In this document: positions 41,341 through 52,844 of the stretch, in pieces
Layout of the letters: each line of letters opens with the position of its first letter
How positions within the stretch are numbered: the stretch's first letter is position 1
From: Arenicellales bacterium
GTDB lineage: Bacteria; Pseudomonadota; Gammaproteobacteria; Arenicellales; Poriferihabitantaceae
Reading direction: 5' to 3'
Length of the DNA stretch: 64,000 nucleotides
Assembly (NCBI GenBank): GCA_963693025.1
Contig: OY843749.1
Coordinates: forward strand, 438,935-502,934
Made by a program: the position numbers and the translations under genes
Notes under the pieces: generated by a model
What the model was told of the DNA's origin: nothing
Seen by the model: only the letters and a program-made list of their open reading frames with translations
Database searches by the model: none

Positions 41341-43398
41341 ATGCGCGCGCCACCCCTGCTCAACATTCGCGGTCTGTCAATCGGTTTCACGGGGCAGTCG
41401 GGGGAAACCCTGCCGATTCTGCGGCGCGTCGACCTTGCGGTGGCGCCCGGCGAAAGCGTCGGCATCGTCGGCGAAAGCGGCTCGGGCAAGAGCACGCTGG
41501 CGCTCGCCGCGATGGGCTATCTCAAGCACGGCTTGCGCGTCATCGCCGGTGATGTGCTTTTTCCTGAGCGCGACATGTTCGCGTTGTCGCCGACCGAATT
41601 GCAGGTCATCCGCGGGCGGCGCCTCGCGCTCATTCCGCAGAACTCCGGACAGTCGCTGACGCCTTCCATGCGCATCGGCGCGCAACTGAGCGAAGCGCTG
41701 GCGTTGCATTCCGGCGCCGCCAAGCGCGACTATCCGGCGCGCGTGACCGACCTGCTGAACAAGGTGCGCTTGCCGGACCCGGTCGCCATCGCGCGGCGCT
41801 ACCCCCACGAGTTGTCCGGCGGGCAGCAGCAGCGCGTCGCCATCGCCATGGCGCTGGCGGGCGAGCCCGAAGCGCTGTTGCTCGACGAGCCGACCACCGG
41901 GCTGGACGTCACCACCCAGGCGCACATCCTCGAATTGCTGCGCGACCTGGCGGCGCAATACGGCACCTCGATGATTTATGTCAGCCACGACCTCGGCGCC
42001 ATCGCCAGGGTATGCGCGCGCGTGGTCGTCATGTATGCCGGCGAAATCGTGCTGGCGGGCGCCACGCGCCGGGTGCTGAGCAATCCGAGCCACCCCTATG
42101 CGCGCGGCTTGCTCGCCTCCATACCGCGGCTGGCGAGTTCGCAACTACCCGCCGCGCTCGACGGCATCCCGCCGATGCCCGGCGGCGCCGGCGCCGGTTG
42201 CGCCTTCGCCACGCGTTGCGCGCTCGCCGAGGAGCGCTGCGCGCGGCAACACCCGGACTTGAACGACCCCGACCCCGCCTTTGATAACCAACAAGCGCGT
42301 TGCCACTTCGCCGAGCGCGCGGTGGAGATTCCCCTGCACACGCAGACGCCGCCCCAACCGGCGGTCAACGGCGGCACGGCGGCGGCGCTCACGCTGGACG
42401 AGGTGTCAATCCGTTACGCCCGACCGACGCTACTCCAACAACTGCTGGCGCGCCGCGCGACCGCCACGCCGACCGTCAGCGACATATCGCTTGCCGTCGT
42501 CAAGGGCGAAACCCTGGGGCTGGTGGGCGAGTCCGGCTCCGGCAAATCCACCATACTAAAAACCATCGCGGGCTTGCTGCCGACCGACCACGGCGCGATT
42601 TATCTCGGCGAAGACGAGGCGCTTGCCGGCGAAATCGAGCGGCGCACTCATGCCCAACTGCGCCGCATTCAACTGGTCTTCCAGAACCCGGACGAAAGCC
42701 TCAACCCGCGGCACACGGTCGCCGAGATTCTGGCGCAACCGCTGCAACTCTATTTTCAACTGAGCGGTCCAGAACTGCGCCAACGCAGCCGGCAACTCCT
42801 CGACACCGTGCGCCTCAGCGCGCACTATCTCGAGCGCTTGCCGAGCCAACTCTCCGGCGGCGAAAAGCAGCGTATCGCCATCGCCCGGGCGTTCGCCGCC
42901 GAGCCCGACATCGTGCTGTGCGACGAAGTCACTTCGGCGCTCGATGTATCCGTGCAGGCGGCGGTGCTCAACCTCCTCGACACCCTGCGCCGCGAGCGCG
43001 GCACCACCTACATTTTCGTCTCCCACGACCTCGCCGTGGTGCGCGCGCTGGCGGACCGCGTGGCGGTGCTCTATCAGGGGCGGCTGTGCGAAGTCGGCGC
43101 CACGTCGCAGGTCTATTCGCTGCCGTCGCATCCCTACACCGAAGCGTTGCTGAGCGCGGCGCTGGAACCCGACCCCGACAGCGCGCCGCGCCTGACCGCC
43201 AACGATGTCATCGAGTCGTCCCCGCCGGCGGCGGGATGCCCGTTTCAACGGCGCTGCGCGCACCGCATCGGTCCCGTGTGCGACCGCGAAACGCCGCCGT
43301 GGCGCACACCGCAGCCGGGGCATGCGATTCGCTGTCATTTGCCAATGGCGGCGGATGCGCCCGCGCGCGCAACCGGCGGGCATGGCGGGGTAAACTGA
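41341..43398 (+). CDS. Fused double ABC ATPase (DppD/DppF-like)
   Basis: Two GESGSGKST Walker A and two LSGG signatures, each followed by a Cys-rich oligopeptide C-terminal domain. Confidence 0.92.
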   Translation: MRAPPLLNIRGLSIGFTGQSGETLPILRRVDLAVAPGESVGIVGESGSGKSTLALAAMGYLKHGLRVIAGDVLFPERDMFALSPTELQVIRGRRLALIPQNSGQSLTPSMRIGAQLSEALALHSGAAKRDYPARVTDLLNKVRLPDPVAIARRYPHELSGGQQQRVAIAMALAGEPEALLLDEPTTGLDVTTQAHILELLRDLAAQYGTSMIYVSHDLGAIARVCARVVVMYAGEIVLAGATRRVLSNPSHPYARGLLASIPRLASSQLPAALDGIPPMPGGAGAGCAFATRCALAEERCARQHPDLNDPDPAFDNQQARCHFAERAVEIPLHTQTPPQPAVNGGTAAALTLDEVSIRYARPTLLQQLLARRATATPTVSDISLAVVKGETLGLVGESGSGKSTILKTIAGLLPTDHGAIYLGEDEALAGEIERRTHAQLRRIQLVFQNPDESLNPRHTVAEILAQPLQLYFQLSGPELRQRSRQLLDTVRLSAHYLERLPSQLSGGEKQRIAIARAFAAEPDIVLCDEVTSALDVSVQAAVLNLLDTLRRERGTTYIFVSHDLAVVRALADRVAVLYQGRLCEVGATSQVYSLPSHPYTEALLSAALEPDPDSAPRLTANDVIESSPPAAGCPFQRRCAHRIGPVCDRETPPWRTPQPGHAIRCHLPMAADAPARATGGHGGVN

Positions 43399-43403
43399 CC
43401 GCC

Positions 43404-44594
43404 ATGACCCTGTTCGGCAACCCAATCTATTCCGGCGAGGACGCGCGGCGGCTGGCACGGCGGCGGATGCCGCGCATGATGTATGACTTTGTCGCCGGCG
43501 CGACCGGGCACGAGTTGGCGGCGCGGCGCAATCGCGCGGCGTTTGCCAACATTCGGTTGTTGCCGCGGGTGCTGAACGACACCAAAACGCGCGTGCTCAC
43601 GCAGCGCATTCTGGGCGAGGTAAAGGGGCTGCCGTTTGGCGTGGCGCCGATGGGCATGTGCAACCTCGCCTGGCCCGGCGCCGACCGGATGCTGGCGGCG
43701 GCGGCGGCGCGGCACGCCATTCCGCTGGGCGTGTCGACGGCGGCATCGACCCCGCTGGAAGACATCTACCGGCAGTCCGAGGGGCAGGCGTGGTTTCAAC
43801 TCTATGTCAACCACGCCGGCGATGGCGGCGATGACGGCGATTCCGCGTTGCGCATGGCGGAGCGCGCGCAGGCGGCAGGATACACGCACCTGATGCTGAC
43901 CGCCGATGTACCGCAGATTGCCCGCCGCATCCGCGATTTGAAAAACGGGTTTCAGGTGCCGTTTCGGATGGGGTTGCGGCAATTCGGCGATTTTGCGCTG
44001 CATCCGCGATGGTCGATTGAAACGCTGATGCGGGGAGTGCCGCGCCTGATGAATTATGAAGCGCCGGGCTCCGGCAAGTTTGTCAGAACCGCCGAGCGTG
44101 GCGCGGCTGACTGGGCTTTCCTCGACCGGTTGCGCGCACGGTGGCGCGGCAAGTTGATCGTCAAAGGCGTACTGTCGGCGCAGGATGCGCGGCGCATCGT
44201 GCGGGCGGGCGCGGACGCGGTCTATGTCTCCAACCACGGCGGGCGGCAACTCGACAGCGCGCCGCCGTCAATCGACAGGCTGGCGGCCATCCGCGCGGCG
44301 GTCGGCGCCGACTATCCGCTGATTCTTGACAGCGGCATCCGCAGCGGTGAGGATGTCGTCAAGGCGCTCGCGCTGGGGGCGAATTTTGTCATGCTTGGCC
44401 GCCCGATGTTGTATGCGCTCGGCGCCGACGGCGCGCGCGGGCTGGCGGCGCTCATCGACATTCTGGCAAACGAAATCAGCGTCGTGCTGGCGCAACTCGG
44501 GTTGCGGCGGGTCAGCGACATCAGCGCGGCGGTGGTCGCCGGGCACAGCGGCGAAGACGCATCGGGCGATGACGGGATGGCGGATGCCCGGTAA
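43404..44594 (+). CDS. FMN-dependent alpha-hydroxy-acid oxidase/dehydrogenase
   Basis: APMGM, VKGV, VSNHGGRQLD, DSGIRSGEDVVKALALGA. Confidence 0.9.
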   Translation: MTLFGNPIYSGEDARRLARRRMPRMMYDFVAGATGHELAARRNRAAFANIRLLPRVLNDTKTRVLTQRILGEVKGLPFGVAPMGMCNLAWPGADRMLAAAAARHAIPLGVSTAASTPLEDIYRQSEGQAWFQLYVNHAGDGGDDGDSALRMAERAQAAGYTHLMLTADVPQIARRIRDLKNGFQVPFRMGLRQFGDFALHPRWSIETLMRGVPRLMNYEAPGSGKFVRTAERGAADWAFLDRLRARWRGKLIVKGVLSAQDARRIVRAGADAVYVSNHGGRQLDSAPPSIDRLAAIRAAVGADYPLILDSGIRSGEDVVKALALGANFVMLGRPMLYALGADGARGLAALIDILANEISVVLAQLGLRRVSDISAAVVAGHSGEDASGDDGMADAR

Positions 44595-44625
44595 TTCGCC
44601 GGCGAATTAGCGAGCCCATACAACA

Positions 44626-46365
44626 ATGACAACCAAACGACAACTTCGGGGCGGCAACTTGCTCGCGCGGGCGTTGCGCGACAAAGGGGTGGAGCATGTT
44701 TTCACGCTCGCCGGCGGTTTCTGCAACCCGGCGCTGGAAGGCTTTATGCAGTGCGCGATGGCGGTGGTCAACTGCCCGCACGAGCAGGTCGCCGGGCATC
44801 TGGCGGATGGCCACGCGCGCATCACCCGCCAACCGACGGTTTGTCTGGTGGGACCGGAGGGTTTCGCCAACGCGGTGCCGGCGATGATGGAGGCCTGGGG
44901 GGAGCGCTCGCCGGTGATTTTCGTGACCGGCTCCAGCACGCTCAAACGAGACGGCGCCGGCGGCTTCAAGGAAATCAACGATGTCGCAATCGCCGCGCCG
45001 CTGTGCAAGCACAGCATCAGCATCACGGACGGCGGCAGAATCGGCGAATTCGTCGACCGCGCATGGAAAATCGCCATCGGCGGCTATCCGGGTCCCGTGC
45101 ACCTGAGCTTGCCCGTCGATATTATGTTTTCATCTTTTGACGAGGATGTGGGGCGCGATGAACGCCCCTTCGAGCGCGCCGCCCGCCCGCCGCCGCGCGC
45201 GTGGCCCGACCCGGACGCGCTGGCGCCGCTGCTGGACCTCGTTGCCGCCGCCGAGCGACCGGTGCTGATTGGCGGGCACGGGGTGTGGTGGTCGGGCGGC
45301 GAGAAAAAACTGGAGGCTAGCGGCGCGGCGCTGTCAATCCCGGTGTTCAATGTGCCGTATCACCAAAAACTGTTGGGCGAGTCGAGCCCGGCGTATTTCG
45401 GGCTGGCAGACATTCACCAATATCCGCCCTCCAAGTTCGCCCTGCAGCAATCCGATGTCGTCATCCTGCTCGGCGCGCGGCTCGACAACCAGATGAATTT
45501 TGGCAACCCGCCGCTCTTCCCGCCGTCCACCACGCTGGTCTGCGTCAACGGCTCGCACGAAGAGTTGCTGCACAACCGTGCGGCGGATTATCTGCTGCTG
45601 TCCGACCCCGGCGCTTTTCTGGATGCGCTGCTTCGCCTGCGCGACCGCGGCGGACCGAGCCTCAGCGGCGAATGGTATGAACTCAACCGGCAAAAGCGCG
45701 GCGCGTGGGTCGATGCGACGCTGGCTGAGTTGCGGCGTGATACCGAGACCGAGGCGGGCGGCAAGATACACCCGTTGCAACTCGCCCTCGATGTGCAGGA
45801 GGCGCTGGCGGAGGATGACTGGCTGGTGTTCGACGGCGGCAACACCCACTTTTGGTCGGAAATTGCGGTCAATATCGCCGGCTGGCGGGGCAAGAAACTC
45901 GGCGGCATCCTGCATCCCGGCTCATTCAGCATGTTGGGGGTCGGGGTGCCGTTTGCGGTCGCCGCCAAGAACACGCACCCGGATTCGAAGGTGGTATTGA
46001 TTAGCGGAGACGGCGCGTTTCTCTCGGGCGGGCTGTCGATTGAAACCGCTTTTCAGGAGCGCTGGCCCATCGTCGTCGTGGTGGACAACAACGGCGGGCT
46101 GGACTGCATTTCCCAGCAGCAAGAGCGGCTGTTTGAGAGCGCCCGGCACTTCGCCACCGATTTCCGGGACATCCCCTTCCACACGCTTTTCGAGGGACTC
46201 GGCGGCCACGGCGAACTGGTCGAAACCCGCGACCAACTCGCCCCCGCGCTACGGCGCGCCTTCGCCAGCGGCAAGCCGGCGTGCGTCAATGTGAAGACCA
46301 AAGGCGTGATTAGCCCGATCGTGCTTGCCACCACCAGCAAGCGCGACAAAGCGTCCATCGAGTAG
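44626..46365 (+). CDS. Thiamine-pyrophosphate-dependent enzyme (acetolactate synthase-like superfamily)
   Basis: HEQ..GH.ADG, GPVHLSLPVD, GDG(X)nNN TPP-binding motif. Confidence 0.85.
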   Translation: MTTKRQLRGGNLLARALRDKGVEHVFTLAGGFCNPALEGFMQCAMAVVNCPHEQVAGHLADGHARITRQPTVCLVGPEGFANAVPAMMEAWGERSPVIFVTGSSTLKRDGAGGFKEINDVAIAAPLCKHSISITDGGRIGEFVDRAWKIAIGGYPGPVHLSLPVDIMFSSFDEDVGRDERPFERAARPPPRAWPDPDALAPLLDLVAAAERPVLIGGHGVWWSGGEKKLEASGAALSIPVFNVPYHQKLLGESSPAYFGLADIHQYPPSKFALQQSDVVILLGARLDNQMNFGNPPLFPPSTTLVCVNGSHEELLHNRAADYLLLSDPGAFLDALLRLRDRGGPSLSGEWYELNRQKRGAWVDATLAELRRDTETEAGGKIHPLQLALDVQEALAEDDWLVFDGGNTHFWSEIAVNIAGWRGKKLGGILHPGSFSMLGVGVPFAVAAKNTHPDSKVVLISGDGAFLSGGLSIETAFQERWPIVVVVDNNGGLDCISQQQERLFESARHFATDFRDIPFHTLFEGLGGHGELVETRDQLAPALRRAFASGKPACVNVKTKGVISPIVLATTSKRDKASIE

Positions 46366-46380
46366 GCAGCGGGAGCAGTC

Positions 46381-46773
46381 GTGGCGACGCTGACAACACA
46401 TGTCCTGGATTCCGTCAACGGCGCCCACGCCGCCGGCGTCGGCGTTGCGCTATACCGCATCGAATCATCCGGCGCAAAAACGACGTTGTTCAACGCCGCC
46501 ACGGACGCCAACGGACGCCTGCGCCAAACCATCTCGCCGGACGCCGTGGCCGCGGGAATGACCTGCGAACTGGTGTTTCAGGTAGCCGATTATTTCGCCG
46601 CCCAACCGGCGGCGCTCGGCGGCACGCGCATCCTGTGCGAAGCGGTATTCCGCTTTTCCATGCCCGACCCGTGCGGCGCCTATCACATCCCGCTGATGCT
46701 GTCGCCGAGCGGGTATTCGGTTTGGTATTCGCAGGCTGCCGTTCCGGCGCAGGGCGGTGTGGACGCTGAGTAA
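46381..46773 (+). CDS. uraH: 5-hydroxyisourate hydrolase (transthyretin-like)
   Basis: LTTHVLD, TDANGR, YHIPLMLSP.GYSVW. Confidence 0.8.
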   Translation: MATLTTHVLDSVNGAHAAGVGVALYRIESSGAKTTLFNAATDANGRLRQTISPDAVAAGMTCELVFQVADYFAAQPAALGGTRILCEAVFRFSMPDPCGAYHIPLMLSPSGYSVWYSQAAVPAQGGVDAE

Positions 46774-46797
46774 TTCGCCGGGTTTCATGAACAACAA

Positions 46798-47928
46798 ATG
46801 ACAACCAACCACCTCAACCTCTCCCGCCGCATTCGGCGCACGCCTTTTACGGAGAAAGTCGAAGCCCTCGGCGTACGCGGCTACTCGGTGGTCAACCACA
46901 TGTTGCTGCCGAAAGCGTTTGCAACCTCGGTGGAGGATGACTACTGGCATCTGCGCGCGCACGTGCAGATGTGGGATGTCGCCTGCCAGCGGCAAGTCGA
47001 CATTCGCGGCGCCGATGCCGCCCGATTGGTGCAGTGGATGACACCGCGCAACCTCTCGAAGGCGCGCGCCGGGGATTGCTTGTATGCGCCGCTGGTGGAC
47101 GAGTCCGGCGGCATAATCAACGACCCCGTCATTCTGAAATTGGCATCCGACCACTTCCGGCTGTCGATTGCGGATTCGGATGTGTTGTTGTGGGCAAAGG
47201 GGTTGGCGCTCGGCGCCGGCATGGATGTCGTCATCGAAGAGCCCGACGTGTCGCCGCTCGCCATTCAGGGACCGCGCGCCGAAGCGTTGATGAGCGCGGT
47301 TTTCGGCGAGCGCATCCGCGAAATCCGCTTCTTTAAGTTTGCCCGCTTTGAGTTCATGGGGAGCAGTCATGTTATCGCCCGCTCCGGCTATTCGCGTCAG
47401 GACGGGTTTGAAATCTACCTGGAAGACAGCCGGCTCGGCGCCGCCCTCTGGGACAGGTTATGGGAGGCCGGGCAAGCGTTCAACATCCGCCCCGGCTGCC
47501 CCAACCTCATCGAGCGTATCGAAGGCGGGTTACTTTCTTACGGCAACGAGATGACGCGCAAGAACAACCCGCTGGAATGCGGACTGGCGGCATTTTGCGA
47601 CCTCGACGAGCCACTGGACTGCATCGGCGGCGGCGCCTTGCGCGCAATCAAAGCCGCCGGCATCACGCGGCAGATTCGCGGCTTAATCTTCGATGGCGAC
47701 CCTTGCCCGCCTTGCGCCACGCCGTGGCCCGTCCGCCGCGCACAAGGCAACGACCGGGCAGCCCCAGTCGGCGAAGTCACCTCCGCCGCCTACTCGCCGC
47801 GGCTGCGCGCCAATGTTGCGTTGGCGATGATGAACAACGGCTTCCGGGCGCCGGGCGAGCGCGTGTTGGTACACAGCGCCGACAGCCAAACGCGCGCGGG
47901 CGTGGTTAGCGCCCTGCCCTTTGCGTGA
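46798..47928 (+). CDS. dmdA: Dimethylsulfoniopropionate demethylase DmdA (GcvT family)
   Basis: SRRIRRTPF..V...GV.GYSV.NHMLLP, DYWHL..HVQMWDVACQRQV, GCPNLIERIEGGLLSYGN match DmdA as I recall it. Confidence 0.8.
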   Translation: MTTNHLNLSRRIRRTPFTEKVEALGVRGYSVVNHMLLPKAFATSVEDDYWHLRAHVQMWDVACQRQVDIRGADAARLVQWMTPRNLSKARAGDCLYAPLVDESGGIINDPVILKLASDHFRLSIADSDVLLWAKGLALGAGMDVVIEEPDVSPLAIQGPRAEALMSAVFGERIREIRFFKFARFEFMGSSHVIARSGYSRQDGFEIYLEDSRLGAALWDRLWEAGQAFNIRPGCPNLIERIEGGLLSYGNEMTRKNNPLECGLAAFCDLDEPLDCIGGGALRAIKAAGITRQIRGLIFDGDPCPPCATPWPVRRAQGNDRAAPVGEVTSAAYSPRLRANVALAMMNNGFRAPGERVLVHSADSQTRAGVVSALPFA

Positions 47929-47995
47929 CGCCGATGAATAGGCGGGGTTGCGGCGCACCGGCATTCGTCGGCGACTCAGCGCCACCCTCACTGCG

Positions 47996-49099
47996 ATGAA
48001 AATAACCGCCATCGACACGTTTTCTAATCGGTTTATCGGCATGGTGAAGGTGACCGCCGAGACCGGTGATGTTGGTTGGGGGCAGGTTGCGCCGTATCAG
48101 GCGGATATTACTTCGCGGGTGCTTCATCGTCAGGTTGCGCCGCATGCTATTGGCGAGGATGCGTTGGATATTGCGGCGTTGGTGGGGTGTATTCCGGAAC
48201 TTGAGCATAAGTTTCCGGGCTCTTATTTGTGCCGGGCGCTTGCCGGGTTGGATACGGCGTTGTGGGATTTGCGCGGGAAATTGGAGGGGCAGCCGGTGTG
48301 CAGATTGCTGGGCGGCGAGCCGGGGCGGATTCGCGCTTATGCCTCTTCGATGAAACGCGACATCAGCGGCGAGCAAGAAGCGGAGCGGCTGACCCGGCTG
48401 CGCGAACAACACGGCTTTGATGCCTTCAAGTTTCGCATCGCCGATGAATGCGGGCACGATGTGGATGCGTGGCCCGGGCGAACCGAGGACATCGTGCGGC
48501 GCATGAGCGCGGCGATGGATGACGGGGTTGAGTTGTTGGTGGATGCCAACTCGGGTTACTCGCCGGCGAAGGCGATTGAGGTCGGGCGGTTTCTGCAAGA
48601 CCATCGCGTCTCGCATTTTGAAGAGCCCTGCCCTTACTGGGAGTTGGAGCAGACGCGGGAAGTGACCGCCGCTTTGTCGCTCGACGTCACCGGCGGCGAA
48701 CAGGATTGCGATTTGCCGACTTGGAAGCGGATGATTGCCGAGCGCGTGGTCGATATCGTCCAGCCGGATATTTGCTATGTCGGCGGGCTGACGCGCGCGC
48801 TGGCGGTGGCGAAAATGGCGGCGGAGCGCGGGCTAGCGTGCACGCCGCACTGCGCCAACTTGTCTATGGTGACGCTATTCACCATGCACTTTCTGCGCGC
48901 CATTCCCAACGCCGGAAAGTATCTCGAGTTTTCCATCGAGGGCGCGGATTATTATCCGTGGCAGCAGGGGTTATACCGCGACGACCCGTATGCGATTACG
49001 GACGGCTGCGTGACGCTGACCGACCAGCCGGGTTGGGGCGTGGAGATTCATCCCGACTGGCTGAGCGCGGCTCGTCATCATCAAAGCCGGTTGGGATGA
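47996..49099 (+). CDS. Mandelate racemase/muconate lactonizing enzyme family protein
   Basis: DTALWDL.GK, VDAN, FEEP, GGEQD, VQPD. Confidence 0.88.
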   Translation: MKITAIDTFSNRFIGMVKVTAETGDVGWGQVAPYQADITSRVLHRQVAPHAIGEDALDIAALVGCIPELEHKFPGSYLCRALAGLDTALWDLRGKLEGQPVCRLLGGEPGRIRAYASSMKRDISGEQEAERLTRLREQHGFDAFKFRIADECGHDVDAWPGRTEDIVRRMSAAMDDGVELLVDANSGYSPAKAIEVGRFLQDHRVSHFEEPCPYWELEQTREVTAALSLDVTGGEQDCDLPTWKRMIAERVVDIVQPDICYVGGLTRALAVAKMAAERGLACTPHCANLSMVTLFTMHFLRAIPNAGKYLEFSIEGADYYPWQQGLYRDDPYAITDGCVTLTDQPGWGVEIHPDWLSAARHHQSRLG

Positions 49100-50430
49100 T
49101 GGACTCGGCGATTTTCACGGCGGATTTCCGAGAGGCGCCGTATTGGTGGGAGCGAACGCCCCGCCCCGGCGGCGGTGGCGATGGCGGTGGCGGTGACGGT
49201 GACGGTGACGCCCCGCCCGGCGACGCCGATGTGGTCATCGTCGGGTCGGGATATACCGGGTTGTCGGCGGCGATTCAGACCGCGCAACACGGTCGCCACA
49301 CCGTCGTGCTGGACGCCGAGGCGGCGGGTTGGGGATGCAGTTCGCGCAATGGCGGGCAGGTCAGCACGAGCATCAAGCCGGGCTTTCCGTTGCTGGCGAA
49401 AAAATTCGGGGCGGATGCCGCGCTCAACATTTTGCGCGAAGGCAACAACGCGTTGTCGTGGATTGAGGCGTTTATCCGAGACAACGAGATTGACTGCGAC
49501 TACCGCAAGGTCGGGCGATTTCACGCCGCGCACACCGCCAAGGCGTTTGACGAACTGAGGCAAAAAATCGACGACATACCGCCTCAGTTAAACATCGGCG
49601 CATACCCCGTCGCACCGCACGAACAACGCCGCGAAATCGGCAGCGCGTTCTACCACGGCGGCGTCGTGTATCCGCATCACGCATCGCTTGACCCTGGGCG
49701 CTATCATCGCGGGCTGCTGGAATGCGCGCAAGCAAAAGGCGTGGAGGTCGTGAGTCATTGCCGGGTTGAGTCGATAAAAAAACGCGGCGCTCGCTTCACC
49801 GTTGAGACATCCAAAGGCAACATCACCGCCGGCGATGTCGTGGTCGCCACCAGCGGCTACACCGGCGGCGCCACGCCCTGGCAACGCCGGCGCATCATCC
49901 CAATCGGCTCATACATGATTGCCACCGAAGCATTGCCGGCGGAAACTGTCGCGCGCCTCATACCGAATGACCGCGTGGTCACCGACACGCGCAAACTCGT
50001 GGTGTTCTACCGCACCTGCCCGGAACGCCGCCGCCTGCTTTTCGGCGGCAGGGTCTCGCTGAAAGAAACCGACCTGCGCCGAAGCGCCCGCCTCCTGCGC
50101 CGGCAGATGCTCGACATCTTCCCCGAACTTGCCGCGGCGCGCATCAGCCATTCGTGGATGGGTTTCGTCGGCTACACCTTCGACGCGATGCCGCACACCG
50201 GAAAACACGACGGCATCTTTTACAGCATGGGCTACTGCGGCTCGGGCATTTCGCTCGCCAGTTACTTCGGCATGCGAACCGGATTGAAAGTCCTAAACGA
50301 CCCCAAAGGCAACACCGCCCTCGACACCTTGACTTTCCCCGCCCGACTCTATTATCGTCGCAACCCCTGGTTCCTCGCGCCCTCCATCTGCTACTATCAC
50401 TGGCGCGACCGGCGGGCGATGAAACGTTAA
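49096..50430 (+). CDS. FAD-dependent amine oxidoreductase (DAO/PuuB-like)
   Basis: [29 protein letters not shown]. Confidence 0.88.
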   Translation: MMDSAIFTADFREAPYWWERTPRPGGGGDGGGGDGDGDAPPGDADVVIVGSGYTGLSAAIQTAQHGRHTVVLDAEAAGWGCSSRNGGQVSTSIKPGFPLLAKKFGADAALNILREGNNALSWIEAFIRDNEIDCDYRKVGRFHAAHTAKAFDELRQKIDDIPPQLNIGAYPVAPHEQRREIGSAFYHGGVVYPHHASLDPGRYHRGLLECAQAKGVEVVSHCRVESIKKRGARFTVETSKGNITAGDVVVATSGYTGGATPWQRRRIIPIGSYMIATEALPAETVARLIPNDRVVTDTRKLVVFYRTCPERRRLLFGGRVSLKETDLRRSARLLRRQMLDIFPELAAARISHSWMGFVGYTFDAMPHTGKHDGIFYSMGYCGSGISLASYFGMRTGLKVLNDPKGNTALDTLTFPARLYYRRNPWFLAPSICYYHWRDRRAMKR

Positions 50431-50540
50431 GTGGGTCAAGCAGCCATTTTGTCTTCGGATGGCTCACCCCGCCAGCCGGCAACCGCCACGATTTTTATAA
50501 TCCCCTTTCACCAACACCATTTTTTACGGAGGAATAAACG

Positions 50541-51617
50541 ATGACAACAAAAGCAACTTCGACCCCGCGACTGCGCGCAGTTTCCGGCGCGGTTCTCGGC
50601 TTGACTTTCCTTGCCGGCGCGGGTTCATCCGCCGCGCTCGCGCAGGAGGTGACCGTGGCTTCCTGGGGCGGCTCGTATCAGGACGCGCAAAGCAAGGCGC
50701 TGTTCCAGCCGGTCGCCAAATCGCTCGGCATCACCATCAACGAAGAAACCTGGAAAGGCATCGGGCAACTGCGCACCAAGGTCGCCGCCGGCGCGGTTCC
50801 CTGGGACATCATCAGCACCGGCTCCGGCGGCGGCGCGCGCGCCTGCGCCGAGGGCATTCTGATGACGCTGGATTACAACCTCATCGACGTCTCCCAGTTT
50901 GTTCCCGACACCTACCTGCCGTGTTGCGTCGGCTCGGACATATTCGCCACCGTCGCCGCGTGGAACACCGAAACATACGGCGAGAACGGACCGCAGAACT
51001 GGGCGGACTTTTGGGATGTCAAAAAATTCCCCGGCACGCGCTCGATTCGCAACAAAATGCACGGCATGCTGGAGCCGGCGTTGATGGCGGACGGCGTGCC
51101 GGCAGGGCAAGTGTATGCGGTGCTCGACAGCGAAGCGGGCATCACGCGCGCGCTCGACAAGATTCGTGAACTCAAACCGCATGTCGCCGTGTGGTGGAGT
51201 TCCGGCGCGCAGCACGCGCAGTTGATGAAAGACGGCGAAGTGGATATGACCACCGGCTGGAACGGACGTTTCGATGTGGCAAAAGCGGACGGCGCCAAAG
51301 TGGCTTATACCCTGGTGCAGGCGTTGCAAGATTACGACTGCTTCGGCATTCCCACAGGCGCGCCCAATCCGAAGTTGGCGATGCAGACTATCGCCGAGAT
51401 GAGCAAGGCGGAGTTTCAAGTCAACCTGCCCAAATACATCACCTATGGTCCGACCAACTCCGATGTCTATAAAACCGGCAAAATTGACGAAGCGCTGGCG
51501 AAGCAACTCCCTTCGCATCCCGACAACGTCGGCGATATGCTGCCGATTAGCCAGGAGTGGTATGCCAAGTGGGAGAAACTGGCGTCGGAGATGTATCAGG
51601 ACATGATTACCGAGTAA
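50541..51617 (+). CDS. ABC substrate-binding protein (PotD/PotF-like)
   Basis: SWGGSYQDAQ, WADFWDVKKFPG, GWNGR. Confidence 0.88.
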   Translation: MTTKATSTPRLRAVSGAVLGLTFLAGAGSSAALAQEVTVASWGGSYQDAQSKALFQPVAKSLGITINEETWKGIGQLRTKVAAGAVPWDIISTGSGGGARACAEGILMTLDYNLIDVSQFVPDTYLPCCVGSDIFATVAAWNTETYGENGPQNWADFWDVKKFPGTRSIRNKMHGMLEPALMADGVPAGQVYAVLDSEAGITRALDKIRELKPHVAVWWSSGAQHAQLMKDGEVDMTTGWNGRFDVAKADGAKVAYTLVQALQDYDCFGIPTGAPNPKLAMQTIAEMSKAEFQVNLPKYITYGPTNSDVYKTGKIDEALAKQLPSHPDNVGDMLPISQEWYAKWEKLASEMYQDMITE

Positions 51618-51654
51618 CGACGGCACCTTGGCGGCGGCGGAATATGCCGGAAGC

Positions 51655-51688
51655 AAGGCGGCGCAATCAACGGCGCCGCCTTCTTTTT
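51655..51688 (+). terminator. Rho-independent terminator/stabilising hairpin after the substrate-binding protein gene
   Basis: AAGGCGGCGC-loop-GCGCCGCCTT followed by CTTTTT. Confidence 0.6.
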
Positions 51689-51737
51689 GTGCGCGCCGCC
51701 ATTGACACTGCGTCATAACTTAACGGACGGCAAGAAC

Positions 51738-52844
51738 ATGGGGCGAATTGCGGCATTGCCCATCGGTATCCGCGCGGTCACCAAAACCTACGGCGACATT
51801 TACGCGTTGGAGCATGTCGACCTCGATGTTCAGAGCGGGGAATTCCTGACGTTGCTGGGTCCCTCGGGGTCGGGCAAGACCACGCTGCTGATGGTGCTTG
51901 CGGGGTTCACGCGCCCCGATTCCGGCAGCGTGCGCTTTGGCGACGAGGAGATGATTCGAATGCCGCCGCACAAACGCGAAGTCGGCATGGTCTTTCAGAA
52001 CTACGCGCTGTTTCCCCACATGGACGTGGCGGGCAACATCGGCTTTCCGTTGAAACTGAGAGGGGCGTCAAAAGACGACATCGGCGCGCGCGTTGAAAGC
52101 GCGCTGGCGACCGTCCAACTGGAAGGCTACGGCGAGCGCCGAATCACCCAACTGTCCGGCGGGCAGAAACAACGCGTCGCGCTTGCCCGAGCCATCGTCT
52201 TTGAGCCCCGCATACTCCTCATGGATGAGCCGTTGTCGGCGCTCGACAAAAAACTGCGCGAGCACATGCAAATTGAGTTGCGCCGCCTGCACGACCAACT
52301 CGGCATGACCACGGTGTATGTGACCCACGACCAACGCGAAGCGCTGACCATGTCCGACCGCATCGCCGTCATCAACCACGGAAAACTCATCCAGTTGGAC
52401 GACCCCCGCAACATCTACGACCATCCGGCGGACCCGTTCGTGGCTAACTTCATCGGCGAGTCGGTTCTGCTGCCGGTCGAATACATCGGCGGCGCGCCCT
52501 GCTACCGGGGCGAGCCTTTGCGGCTGTCCGAGTCCGCCGCAGCGGCGGCGGGGGGGCATTTGCTGATGCTTCGACCGGAGCGGCTGGTCTTGCTGACCGA
52601 CGAGCAGCCGGCAGACCACGCGCACTACAATCGATTCAAGGGAAGCGTCGGCCATGTGGTTTATCAGGGCGAGAGTTTTGTCACGTATGTGACGCTCGCC
52701 GACGGCGCCGAAGTGGCGGTGCGAAGCGTCAGCCGGCGGCAAACCCTGGCGGCGGCGCCGCCGCCCGGAAGCGAAGTCACGCTGGGCTTGCACCCGGATG
52801 AAACCACGCTGATTCCGGACCCGAGTCAAACGCGCGATGACTGA
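51738..52844 (+). CDS. ABC ATPase (PotA-like)
   Basis: GPSGSGKTT, LSGGQKQRVALARA, TOBE-like C-terminus. Confidence 0.92.
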   Translation: MGRIAALPIGIRAVTKTYGDIYALEHVDLDVQSGEFLTLLGPSGSGKTTLLMVLAGFTRPDSGSVRFGDEEMIRMPPHKREVGMVFQNYALFPHMDVAGNIGFPLKLRGASKDDIGARVESALATVQLEGYGERRITQLSGGQKQRVALARAIVFEPRILLMDEPLSALDKKLREHMQIELRRLHDQLGMTTVYVTHDQREALTMSDRIAVINHGKLIQLDDPRNIYDHPADPFVANFIGESVLLPVEYIGGAPCYRGEPLRLSESAAAAAGGHLLMLRPERLVLLTDEQPADHAHYNRFKGSVGHVVYQGESFVTYVTLADGAEVAVRSVSRRQTLAAAPPPGSEVTLGLHPDETTLIPDPSQTRDD

